40,146 nt of DNA from contig CAZFWK010000001.1 in NCBI GenBank assembly GCA_964522555.1, positions 10,114 to 50,259 of the forward strand, given 5' to 3'. The notes under the pieces were generated by a model, which ran no database searches, was not told where the DNA came from, and worked only from the letters and a program-made list of their open reading frames with translations. The stretch comes from an uncultured Peptoniphilaceae bacterium. GTDB lineage: Bacteria; Bacillota; Clostridia; Tissierellales; Peptoniphilaceae. A program made the translations under genes and the position numbers. Of the stretch, positions 26,272-35,502 are shown piece after piece (within the stretch, counting starts at the first letter, position 1; the number at the start of each line of letters is the position of its first letter).

Positions 26272-27633
26272 TTATCGAAGACTGATATATTTCCATTTGC
26301 CTGAACGCATGCGCCATGTGATCAGAATCCAGCGAATCAGCTGGTCGAAGATCAACGCAATCCATGCGCCCGTAAGCCCCATCTGTAGCACATTCACCAG
26401 CCCCCACGCCGCCACATTCCGCACGACCAATACGCCGATCCCGGTCGACACCAGAGTCCACATGGTATCCCCCGCTCCTCGAAGGCCTCCCGCCAAGATG
26501 AACTGCGAGGATTGGAAGGGTTGGATAAAGGCAATGATCTTGAGCACGCCGGAAGCGAGCAAGATGATTTCCGGGTCGCTTGTGTAGAGCCGCATGATGG
26601 TCGGGCTGAAGAAAAAGAAGCCCAATGCCACAAAGATCGACAGGATAACGCCGTAGTTCTTCGACTCTAGGATATAGCGCTCGGCTAAGTCCGGGTCATC
26701 CATCCCGAGGGAGCGCCCGGTCAGAGTGGATGCAGCGGTCCCGAATGCTTGCCCGATCGTAAACGACAACATCAGGATATTGAGTGAAAGTTGATGCGTC
26801 GCATATACGGTAGTTCCCAATCCCGCTACGGTGCGAACATAGAGTAAGATCCCGACTCGAAACAGCACTTGCTCGATCGCCGCCGGCACCCCAATTTTTA
26901 CCAGATTGTACAGGATATTGCGGTCGAAGGCGAACTGCATGCGACTTAACTTTACCTTTTGCTTTCCCGCCAACAAGTATCGCATCGCCAGCACAAAGGC
27001 TACGATCTGAGAACATGCGGTCGAGATCCCGGCTCCGGTGACACCCAGTCTGGGGAAACCGAAGAGCCCGTAAATGAGAATGGCATTCCCGACAACATTA
27101 ACCGCATTGGCGACCAGATTGATGCGCATCGGGCTTTTCGTATCTTGCGCACCTCGCATCGCGGCGAAGACCGCGAAGTTGATCGCTTGGAATGTAAACC
27201 CGATGATGACGACCTGAAAGTACATCCGCCCGACTTGGATCGTGTCCTGCTCGGCTCCAATAAACCGCATAATCGCGTCGGTATTCAAGAATCCGAAGAT
27301 CGTAATCGGAATGGCGATAAACGCAAGTGTCAGGATCAATATATGGCGAAGTACCGACTCGATCTTGTCGTCTCTTCCGGCGCCAATATACCGCGCAATC
27401 ATGGCGGTCGCCCCGGTCGTGAGTGCGCTGGCAAGCGACAATCCGATAAATAAATACTGATTCGTAATCCCGATGGCTGCGATCGAAGCAGTGATCCCCG
27501 CTCCCGTCCCCGAGTTGCCCAGCATGATCATGTCGACCATACCGAACAAAGTTCCCATTACCAATTCCAGCAAAACCGGCATCGCGATCGCAAATATGAC
27601 TTTCCTACGTTTTGCAACGGTCTGCTCCAACAC
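26272..27633 (-). CDS. MATE-family multidrug/sodium efflux transporter
   Basis: 453 aa and 12-TM-like. The N-terminus IFAIAMPVLLELVMGTLFGMVDMIMLG and the repeat-half motif are typical of NorM/DinF MATE proteins. GTG start after AGGGGGG. Confidence 0.9.
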   Translation of the reverse strand: MLEQTVAKRRKVIFAIAMPVLLELVMGTLFGMVDMIMLGNSGTGAGITASIAAIGITNQYLFIGLSLASALTTGATAMIARYIGAGRDDKIESVLRHILILTLAFIAIPITIFGFLNTDAIMRFIGAEQDTIQVGRMYFQVVIIGFTFQAINFAVFAAMRGAQDTKSPMRINLVANAVNVVGNAILIYGLFGFPRLGVTGAGISTACSQIVAFVLAMRYLLAGKQKVKLSRMQFAFDRNILYNLVKIGVPAAIEQVLFRVGILLYVRTVAGLGTTVYATHQLSLNILMLSFTIGQAFGTAASTLTGRSLGMDDPDLAERYILESKNYGVILSIFVALGFFFFSPTIMRLYTSDPEIILLASGVLKIIAFIQPFQSSQFILAGGLRGAGDTMWTLVSTGIGVLVVRNVAAWGLVNVLQMGLTGAWIALIFDQLIRWILITWRMRSGKWKYISLR

Positions 27634-27663
27634 CCCACCCCCCTATTGAAATAAAGCGCAAAG

Positions 27664-27696
27664 AAAAAGCGGCGGCAAGATCTTCTCACCGCCGCC
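27664..27696 (-). terminator. rho-independent terminator after pgm
   Basis: Minus strand: GCGGCGG-TGAGAAGATCTTG-CCGCCGC followed by TTTTT. Confidence 0.7.
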
Positions 27697-27704
27697 TTTC
27701 TGCA

Positions 27705-29399
27705 TTATTGTATTGAATCCACTTTCTTCATGATGCTCTCTTCCATTTCGACCAACGCTTTTGCCGAATTCTCTCTTGAGTCGGCGCAGGCGTACATGTA
27801 GAATTTGATCTTCGGCTCGGTGCCGGATGGCCTTACCGCATACCAGCTACCGTCCTCATGCACGTATTTTAGCACATTTGACCGACCGATACCATAGTCT
27901 TCGAGCTTATAGTCATATACTTTCTTAAGCGGTGAACCGTTAATGGTTTGCAGCGGGTTCTTTCTGAAATCGTCCATAATGCGGCCGATGACCTGTTGCC
28001 CGTCCGAGCCTTCCTTTACAAGCGAGATCAGATTCTCCGAAAAGTACCCGTATTCGTTGAAGAGGTATTCCAGTACATCGAGTACCGTCTTTCCGTATTT
28101 CTTGGCAAGCCCGGCCATTTCAGCGATCAGCATCGCCGACATGACGGCGTCTTTGTCGCGTACATAAGTGCCGTAAGAATAGCCGATGCTCTCCTCGTAT
28201 CCGAAGATGAATTCGTCATCTCCGCCGTTTTTGTCGATATCGTTGGCGATCGCGTAAATGTTTTTAAAGCCCGTCAGTACATCGAGCATTTTAACCCCGT
28301 ATCCTTCGGCGATGCGCGTAGACAGATCGCCTGTCACGATCGATTTGACGATCACGCCGTTTTCGGGGAGTTTGTTTTGGCTTTTCAGATTCGAAAGGAT
28401 GTGGTTCACTAAAAGCGCGCCGATTTGGTTGCCGTTTAGGAAGACATAATTGCCGTCTCGATCCAGCACTTCCATCGCGATCCGGTCGGCGTCGGGGTCG
28501 GTTGCCATCAAAATTTCCGCTTTCGTTTCATGGCCGAGCACTTCCGCTTGCGCAAATGCTTTCGGATCTTCCGGATTCGGGTACCCTACGCTTGCGAAGT
28601 CCGGATCCGGCATTTCTTGTTCTTTGACGATGTGTACATTGTCGAACCCTCTTCTCTTGAGGATTTCCTGTACGAATGTGTTACCCGTTCCGTTTAGCGC
28701 CGAGTATACGATGCTCACGCTTTTGTCGATCTCATCGGTGACGATTCGCTTTTCGATCTCCGCCAGATACGATTCGACGATGTCGTTTCCTACCATGCGA
28801 ATAAGGCCCTTCTCGATCCCTTCTTCCAGGCTCATCGAAGGAATCTCACCATAATTTTGGAGAGAGTCGATCCCTTCTCCGATACGATCCGCGATGTCGT
28901 CTAAGATCTGCGATCCCTCTTCCCAATACGCCTTGTAGCCATTGTACTCTTTTGGGTTATGCGATGCCGTGATCATGACCCCTGCTTGCGTTCCCAGTCG
29001 TCTGACCGCATAGGAGAGTAGCGGGGTCGGGGTGATTTGATCGAACAGATACACTTTAATGCCGCATCCTGCGAGCACTTCCGCCGTGATTTGCGCAAAC
29101 TCGGGCGACATATGCCGTACATCGTACCCGATGACGACGCCTCTGGCTTTACCGGTGTCGCCTTCTTGTGCGACCGCCTGAGCCAAGCCGTAGCTTGCTT
29201 CCGATACAGTGTAGCGATTCATCCGGTTCGTTCCCGCGCCGATGACGCCTCGAAGCCCTGCGGTCCCGAATGATAATTTTTGATAAAAACGATCCTCGAT
29301 CTCCGCTTCGTTTCCTTCCAGTGCCTTCAGTTCCGCTTTGGTCGCGTCGTCGATATACGGCGCTTCCATCCACAATTTGTACGTCTCTAGATAGCTCAT
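27705..29399 (-). CDS. pgcA: phosphoglucomutase (alpha-D-phosphohexomutase family, PgcA-like)
   Basis: 564 aa with the active-site loop MITASHNPKEYNGYK, the Mg site ATDPDADR, and the sugar-binding GYEESIGY. Confidence 0.9.
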   Translation of the reverse strand: MSYLETYKLWMEAPYIDDATKAELKALEGNEAEIEDRFYQKLSFGTAGLRGVIGAGTNRMNRYTVSEASYGLAQAVAQEGDTGKARGVVIGYDVRHMSPEFAQITAEVLAGCGIKVYLFDQITPTPLLSYAVRRLGTQAGVMITASHNPKEYNGYKAYWEEGSQILDDIADRIGEGIDSLQNYGEIPSMSLEEGIEKGLIRMVGNDIVESYLAEIEKRIVTDEIDKSVSIVYSALNGTGNTFVQEILKRRGFDNVHIVKEQEMPDPDFASVGYPNPEDPKAFAQAEVLGHETKAEILMATDPDADRIAMEVLDRDGNYVFLNGNQIGALLVNHILSNLKSQNKLPENGVIVKSIVTGDLSTRIAEGYGVKMLDVLTGFKNIYAIANDIDKNGGDDEFIFGYEESIGYSYGTYVRDKDAVMSAMLIAEMAGLAKKYGKTVLDVLEYLFNEYGYFSENLISLVKEGSDGQQVIGRIMDDFRKNPLQTINGSPLKKVYDYKLEDYGIGRSNVLKYVHEDGSWYAVRPSGTEPKIKFYMYACADSRENSAKALVEMEESIMKKVDSIQ

Positions 29400-29409
29400 G
29401 GCTTCCCTC

Positions 29410-30039
29410 CTATGTGAAATAATATAGTCCTCGATAGAGTGAAAATCGATTCACCCATTCGGTCAAACTGTATTCTCTTTTATACCCCCAATTGGAGGTG
29501 ATGATCGTCGTTTCTCCGTTATCTTCTTTCCGGATGCCGGTGATCGTGACCCAATGGTTGTTGAGGTCGGGGATCTTCGTATTCCATGTAATCAATAGCA
29601 CGGGTGACTGATAGACCATGCCGCTTTTGATATACTGCTCCACATTGGCCTGTGTCCATCGCCAGTTTGCATTGTTGAGGTGAAGCGAAACCCCCTTGGA
29701 CTTGGCGTAGTTTTGCAGCCCCCTGCCGATCATACCCAAGCTCACTATGCCGGCAATCGTAGGCTTCACAAATTGCATGATGTCAAGCATCACCATCGTA
29801 AAGGTCTCTTGATCGGGGACGGGGTGAGGAAAGAGCGCGTCGTAGCCGATTTTCGTGCGCGATAAATATAAGCACACATTGGCGAGTGCCGCCAATCCGC
29901 AGGATCGGTCGGCCAGTGGTTTCTTGATCTGCCCGTATTCCGATAACCAGGATTGCCTACCGCCATACCAATTGGGCGAGATCTTCATAAATTCATCGTC
30001 CAAATTCCATCCGGGCAGAGCCAGCGGCACATTATTCAT
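29410..30039 (-). CDS. hypothetical papain-fold / peptidase C39-like protein
   Basis: 209 aa. The candidate nucleophile context is DRSCGLAALANVCLY, and a downstream His lies in NNHWVTITG. This Cys...His arrangement resembles C39-like/BtrH-N-type domains. The assignment is by eye only. Confidence 0.45.
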   Translation of the reverse strand: MNNVPLALPGWNLDDEFMKISPNWYGGRQSWLSEYGQIKKPLADRSCGLAALANVCLYLSRTKIGYDALFPHPVPDQETFTMVMLDIMQFVKPTIAGIVSLGMIGRGLQNYAKSKGVSLHLNNANWRWTQANVEQYIKSGMVYQSPVLLITWNTKIPDLNNHWVTITGIRKEDNGETTIITSNWGYKREYSLTEWVNRFSLYRGLYYFT

Positions 30040-31891
30040 CCTTTCTTACCCGTATGCGGTACACAAAAGAACTTTTTGGCGCACACTCAAATCCGGAGTT
30101 AAAGATCTTGCGATGGCAAATCCCGTGTTCTCCGAAGATCATGGTGGACTCATAGGTGCCTTTCGGGAACGAAAACGTGTATGGAGTCGTTCCGACATTG
30201 TGGAGGATCCAAAGATAATCCTCCTTTTCCGCAATTTCCATCCCGACCACTTCATCCGGTAAACCTTGCAAGAGCCGTACATTCGCGCGGATTTGATCGG
30301 CCGAGTAGCGGGAAAAGACCCCGGTCATCTTTCGGAAGGTGATGCAGTCTTTCACATAATGGTTCAGCTTTGTGTGTTTATTTTTCCGGTCCCACCGAAT
30401 GCCGTTGATACTTAACGGCGCGTTGTAGGAGTTGTGGTTCATCTTTTTGCTTCGTTGGAATTCATTTCCGGCGTGGAAAAACGGAATTCCAAAGCTCATC
30501 ATCGTCATGGAAAACAAAAGTTTACAATTCGGTATTTCGAGTTCTTCGTCTCCTGATGTGATCGCCAGCTTGTCTGCGATGATCAGGTTATCATGGCTAT
30601 TAAAGTAATTGATGCTCTCCGAAGGCTCCGCTGTAATTCCCCGATGCGTCTTATTATAGGCAATACTGCCCAGCATACCCGTTTCCACTCGACTTTTTAG
30701 ATGAGAGGCTCCTTGCACATACCCCAAGGTAGCGTCGTCGTTGCCACCGCGCAGCGCTTCTCTAAATTCATCGTTGAAAATCCCGAATCCGCGGTTTTGC
30801 TGTGTGCCTTTTAGCGTCAACCGGCTCGCGTCGAGGGCACTTCCAAGTGCTGCCCAAGGCTCTCCGTAGAGTAAGGTATCGGGGAAGATCTGGCGCGTTT
30901 CCTTTACGATTTGTTCGACCGTTTCGGTATCGATCAATGCCATCAGGTCGAAGCGAAACCCGTCGATTTTGTATTCTTCCATCCAGTACTTTAGCGAGTC
31001 GAGGATAAACTTCCTTCCCATCGGCAGTTCCGAGGAGAATTCATTTCCGCAGCCCGACCCGTTTGAGAAGTTGCCGTCCGGGGTCCGCCTGTGGAAGTAG
31101 CCCGGTGCGAGCATTTCGAAGTTGGAGTCAAACGCTCTGAAGGTATGGTTGTACACGACATCCAGCACGACCGAGAGTCCTCTTTCGTGCAGCGCCATGA
31201 TCATCTTCTTGAGTTCGTAGATCCGGAGTACGGGATCGGACGGATCCGATGCATAGGATCCTTCCGGTGCATTAAAGTGCTCGGGGTCGTAACCCCAGTT
31301 GTAGTTATTGTCGTCAAAAAAGTACTCATTTTCTTCCAACACGGTAATAAAGTCGTTGATCGGGAGCAAGTGCACATGCGTGACACCGAGTTCCGATAAG
31401 TGGTCGAGCCCGGTTGCCGCTCCGTCGAATTTCGTACCGACCTCGGTGAGCCCCAAATATTTCCCGCGATATGCGCCGCCTGAACTGATGTCTCCTGTGA
31501 AGTCCTTGACATGCAACTCGTATATAACCGCATCTTGCGGTTTATTCGCGGGCCTTTTGTGCTCTTCCCATCCGGTCGGGTTGGTTCGACTTAAGTCGAT
31601 CACGGCAGATCTTGTGCTGTTCATCGAAAGTGAGACGCTGTAGGGGTCCGTTACAGCGACCTGTTCGTTCACCAAGTAGAGGTAAAACCACCCGTGCCAG
31701 TCCCCGTTGATGGTTGCCGAGTGCGTACCATCCGCATCCGCATTCATCGGGACTTCTTTTCTTCTGATGTCGGTCGGTTTCTTATAGAGAAGGACGCTGA
31801 CCGTCTCTGCGAGCGGTGCGTACACGCGAAAGATCGTCCTTTGTTTCGTGCAGTGCGCGCCCAACCGACCCTCGGCTACCGGCCATCGCAT
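30032..31891 (-). CDS. pulA: type I pullulanase / glycogen debranching enzyme (GH13)
   Basis: 619 aa with GH13 regions VVLDVVYNHT, GFRFDLMA, YGEPW and NYFNSHDN, plus an N-terminal FRVYAP CBM48-like start. Confidence 0.85.
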   Translation of the reverse strand: MRWPVAEGRLGAHCTKQRTIFRVYAPLAETVSVLLYKKPTDIRRKEVPMNADADGTHSATINGDWHGWFYLYLVNEQVAVTDPYSVSLSMNSTRSAVIDLSRTNPTGWEEHKRPANKPQDAVIYELHVKDFTGDISSGGAYRGKYLGLTEVGTKFDGAATGLDHLSELGVTHVHLLPINDFITVLEENEYFFDDNNYNWGYDPEHFNAPEGSYASDPSDPVLRIYELKKMIMALHERGLSVVLDVVYNHTFRAFDSNFEMLAPGYFHRRTPDGNFSNGSGCGNEFSSELPMGRKFILDSLKYWMEEYKIDGFRFDLMALIDTETVEQIVKETRQIFPDTLLYGEPWAALGSALDASRLTLKGTQQNRGFGIFNDEFREALRGGNDDATLGYVQGASHLKSRVETGMLGSIAYNKTHRGITAEPSESINYFNSHDNLIIADKLAITSGDEELEIPNCKLLFSMTMMSFGIPFFHAGNEFQRSKKMNHNSYNAPLSINGIRWDRKNKHTKLNHYVKDCITFRKMTGVFSRYSADQIRANVRLLQGLPDEVVGMEIAEKEDYLWILHNVGTTPYTFSFPKGTYESTMIFGEHGICHRKIFNSGFECAPKSSFVYRIRVRKDE

Positions 31892-34089
31892 GGTAACAGA
31901 ATCCTTTCTTTCTCATTTGCCAACTTCCACATCCGCTGTTGGTCCGTAGCGCGGCTCAAATTCCAAGCGTCTCCATTAAAATACGACCTCGTCAATTTTG
32001 ACATCTTCTCGTGGTAGTCGTAGAAGCTTCCCAGCACGTGGAAACCGTCTTGGTAATCTTCCAATACTTTTTGAATCGTCCGAACGTCGAACGCCAGATC
32101 CGCTTTATGATCTGCCAAGAAGCGCAGCGCTTCCAGTCCTTTTGCGTGCGATCCGTTCTCCTCCGTAAAGAGGGTGATCCCGCCCGGCGCGACCAACAAA
32201 TCTGCGATTTTTTGCGTATATCCGTGTGAAGAAGCCATGACGGCGGATCCGTGCAAAAGCGCGTCCGACAAGTTGACCGGGATGGTCGCTTGTGACGGCA
32301 TGCGCAGGGGTTGGAACACGTCCGATGCGAACAACAACATACGCTCGACTTCGACGTCGAAGTTTTCGATAAAGACGATGCGCAATTTGTTTTGAATAAG
32401 CGTATCGCGCAAAAGCCATTTGCTGTACGCGTTAATCAAGTGCACGACCTCAGTTGCCATCTGATAATCCGGGTATGCTTTGCCACCGAAGAAAAAGGTG
32501 GTTTCCGGGATGTCCAGATGGGGCGTCGTCAAGAGTTGTTGGTGAAGCCTTGCTATATGAAGGATGATCAACAGCTGGCGGTTATTCTCATGGAAATTCC
32601 CGATATTCACGCTGTAAATCGAATTTTCGTTGATAACGGTCGAGTGATATTCTCGCAGGTACTCTGCGAGATTCTTTTTATTTTTGAACTTGATCTCGGC
32701 AAGCGCCTCGGGTTCGACCCTTCCCGATTCAAGACAGGAATACGTAAGCGGATTGTAGTGCTTCAAGTTCATCCGACTGGGCGCGATGAATGGCAAGATC
32801 TTAACTTTTGCTTTCGCCGCTTCACTTTCAAATCCCATACGTTTTTCAAAAAACTCCTTGTGCGAACTCGAAAAGACGCACAGCGATCGGCAAAAGTAAG
32901 CCGCGATATTATAGAAATGGACCTGTTCATTGCGGAAAATGCTGCGGATCGGTTGCTTCTGCCCTTCCCATACCGGGCTGTTTTGCTTCGCATACTCATC
33001 CATCTTTTGTAAATACGGCATGAGATGCGGGATCGTCTCCTCCATCATTGGGACGGACCAAGCCTCAAATGCTTCATCCGTTAAGATCTGGTTTCCGTAG
33101 CAGCAAGTATCTTGCACGAATAAAACGGCATTTTCGAAAGTATAAAAGTACTTTTCCATCAGCACGCAGATCATCTCGGGGATCCCGAGGATCGGGTGGA
33201 TTTCGTTGATGTAAATTCGGATCGGTTCCGGGTTCGGGTCTGAGAAATACTGTGAGAGTATATCTTGTACGGTCGCCGATGCGAAGAAGTACTCTTGCAT
33301 CAAGCGCAACTTTTTCCCGGGTTCATTGGTTTCGGCAGGATATAAAAATTCGACCAACGACCTTGCGTCGAGCGCCTGCACATAGGCTTTCACATACTCG
33401 CCTTCTTTAAAATGGGTTTCGTCGATCGAGTGCGACTCTTCCACATCCCATAGTCTTACGAAGTGGATTCGATCACAAAACTCCGTAAACACCGGAAAGT
33501 CGATCGCGGTTGCGATCACCGTCGCATCTTTGAACCGGACGGGATACCTTCGATCCGCCCAGATCTCCCATGGGTACAACGCTCCGCTTCTTTCCGCGAC
33601 GACCGATTCCACTTGTTGATTATCGATAATCTGCTGTCGGAAAAACCCGCTTCGATACCGCAGTCCGTAGCCCATCCAAGCTTCTTCGCCGGTAAGGGAC
33701 TCAATCATCCAAGCGGCGCCGAATCTGCCGAGCGTTCCATAACCGAGCTTCGGGGATTCTTCGTTTTTGATCAGGCCCTCGTAGGTCGAGCCCATCAGTT
33801 TTGCGAGTTCTTCGAGCTGCTTCGTCATGTGGAGCGCGAAGCCGCGTCGTCTCGTTTGTTGGCCAAAAGAGTATTCGAAGCTTAGAAAAAAGCGACTCGG
33901 CTTCTTGTGCCAAGGCGCGTTCTTCCAGGCTTCTCCAACACATTGCCCAACATATTCGGTTAGAATATCGTATTTTTGCGTTTCGCTGAGATCTTTCGGA
34001 AGCGCAAGAAATCGCCTGGCTGCCGTATCGTCGATAAAACGTTGCAATACGGCAGTTTCGGCGTTTTGATTAAGCTTTGTAGAGTTCAT
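31876..34089 (-). CDS. GT35 glycogen/maltodextrin phosphorylase homologue with degenerate active-site motifs
   Basis: The listed ORF extends to 34272 across the glgA 3' end; I prefer the ATG at 34089 (MNSTKLNQ...). Family signatures present: GYGTLGRFGAAWMIESL (cf. GNGGLGRLAACFLDS), YGLRYRSGFFRQ and FFFGGKAYPDYQMA. The PLP region EASGTGNMK is replaced by SQATIPVNLS, and YTNHT is replaced by YGNQI. Confidence 0.8.
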   Translation of the reverse strand: MNSTKLNQNAETAVLQRFIDDTAARRFLALPKDLSETQKYDILTEYVGQCVGEAWKNAPWHKKPSRFFLSFEYSFGQQTRRRGFALHMTKQLEELAKLMGSTYEGLIKNEESPKLGYGTLGRFGAAWMIESLTGEEAWMGYGLRYRSGFFRQQIIDNQQVESVVAERSGALYPWEIWADRRYPVRFKDATVIATAIDFPVFTEFCDRIHFVRLWDVEESHSIDETHFKEGEYVKAYVQALDARSLVEFLYPAETNEPGKKLRLMQEYFFASATVQDILSQYFSDPNPEPIRIYINEIHPILGIPEMICVLMEKYFYTFENAVLFVQDTCCYGNQILTDEAFEAWSVPMMEETIPHLMPYLQKMDEYAKQNSPVWEGQKQPIRSIFRNEQVHFYNIAAYFCRSLCVFSSSHKEFFEKRMGFESEAAKAKVKILPFIAPSRMNLKHYNPLTYSCLESGRVEPEALAEIKFKNKKNLAEYLREYHSTVINENSIYSVNIGNFHENNRQLLIILHIARLHQQLLTTPHLDIPETTFFFGGKAYPDYQMATEVVHLINAYSKWLLRDTLIQNKLRIVFIENFDVEVERMLLFASDVFQPLRMPSQATIPVNLSDALLHGSAVMASSHGYTQKIADLLVAPGGITLFTEENGSHAKGLEALRFLADHKADLAFDVRTIQKVLEDYQDGFHVLGSFYDYHEKMSKLTRSYFNGDAWNLSRATDQQRMWKLANEKERILLPCDGR

Positions 34090-35500
34090 AGACTTCCTTA
34101 TACAGTTTTCCGGATCTTTCCCAACTGTTGTCTGATGCCATTGCATTCTTTTGTATATGTGCGAACACATCCGGCTGGCGGTAATAGTACACGGCTCTTC
34201 TGATCGTATGAAGCAGATCATGTGCGTTGATATTGTGGAACGAGAATCCGTTTCCTTCGCCCGTGTACTCATTGTACGAAAGAACCGTATCCTTTAAGCC
34301 CCCCGTCTCTCTTACGATCGGCAGTGTGCCGTAGCGCATGGAGATCATTTGCGAGATCCCGCAGGCTTCGTATAAGGACGGCATGAGGTACAAGTCCGAT
34401 GCCGCATAGATCATATGCGATTCGGCGTCGGAGTAGTAATTTCTAAAGGAGAACTTGTCCGGATATCGCCATGCGAAGTAATGGAATGACTCCTCATATT
34501 GTTCTTCGCCGGTTCCCAGCACCACGATTTGGATGTCGTCTTGCAAGAGTTGATCCAAGATATAGTTGATCAAGTCGAGCCCTTTAGCTTCCACCAAGCG
34601 GCTCACGATCGAAATCATCGGGGTGTCTTCACTTACGGGAAGCCCGTATTTTTCTTGCAGGATCAGTTTATTGATCGTCTTATCCTTTAAGGTCAATGCG
34701 GAGTAGTTTTTGGGGATGTCCGGATCCGTTTCCGGATTCCATACGTCATAGTCGATTCCATTGGTGATCCCGTGCAGTTTGTAATTATACTGCCTGAGCA
34801 GACCGTCGAGCTGTTCCCCGTAGTAGGGGTCCTGGATTTCCTTGGAATACGAATCGCTCACCGTCGTAACGCCGTTTGCAAACACGATACCGGCTTTCAT
34901 GAAGTTGACTGAGTCGTAGAACTTCACCGCATCGTCGTTAAAATAAAACGGAGAAAGGCCGGCCAATGTCCCCAGCACATCCGCCGGGAACACGCCTTGA
35001 TACTTGAGATTGTGGATGGTGAACACCGTTCGGATCGATTGATAATAGGGGTCCCCTCTTCGGAAATCTTCCACGAAGACATTGACCATCCCACTGTGCC
35101 AGTCGTTCGAATGGATGATGTCCGGCTTCCAATCGATTAGCTTCGGAAGCATTGCAACGGCTTTCGAGAAAAAGATAAAGCGCTCCGCATCATCCTCTTC
35201 GCCGTAAACGAGCGGGCGATTAAAATAAAACTGGCTGTCCAGGAAATAGACGGTTACCCCTTCCCATACAAGAGAAAAGATCCCGCAATATTGGTGTCTC
35301 CAGTCCATGTCGACATAAAAGTATCCGACATACTCCATCATGCTGCGGTATGTGTCGGGAATCTTACCGAAAAGCGGCAATACCAGCCTGGTTTCGATCC
35401 CCTCTTCGATCAATCTCTTCGGCAGGGAGCCCGCTACATCCGCGAGCCCTCCCGTTTTAATAAATGGATGCGCCTCTGACGCTACATATAAGACTTTCAT
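34070..35500 (-). CDS. glgA: glycogen synthase (ADP-glucose type, GT5)
   Basis: 476 aa with MKVLYVASEAHPFIKTGGLADVAGSLPK, which is the canonical KTGGL motif. Confidence 0.95.
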   Translation of the reverse strand: MKVLYVASEAHPFIKTGGLADVAGSLPKRLIEEGIETRLVLPLFGKIPDTYRSMMEYVGYFYVDMDWRHQYCGIFSLVWEGVTVYFLDSQFYFNRPLVYGEEDDAERFIFFSKAVAMLPKLIDWKPDIIHSNDWHSGMVNVFVEDFRRGDPYYQSIRTVFTIHNLKYQGVFPADVLGTLAGLSPFYFNDDAVKFYDSVNFMKAGIVFANGVTTVSDSYSKEIQDPYYGEQLDGLLRQYNYKLHGITNGIDYDVWNPETDPDIPKNYSALTLKDKTINKLILQEKYGLPVSEDTPMISIVSRLVEAKGLDLINYILDQLLQDDIQIVVLGTGEEQYEESFHYFAWRYPDKFSFRNYYSDAESHMIYAASDLYLMPSLYEACGISQMISMRYGTLPIVRETGGLKDTVLSYNEYTGEGNGFSFHNINAHDLLHTIRRAVYYYRQPDVFAHIQKNAMASDNSWERSGKLYKEVYELYKA

Positions 35501-35502
35501 GT

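Noticed and set aside
34090-34272. 61-codon extension of the phosphorylase-homologue ORF.
   Set aside because: It is the glgA 3' end read in another frame. The sequence is Cys/Arg-rich and not phosphorylase-like.
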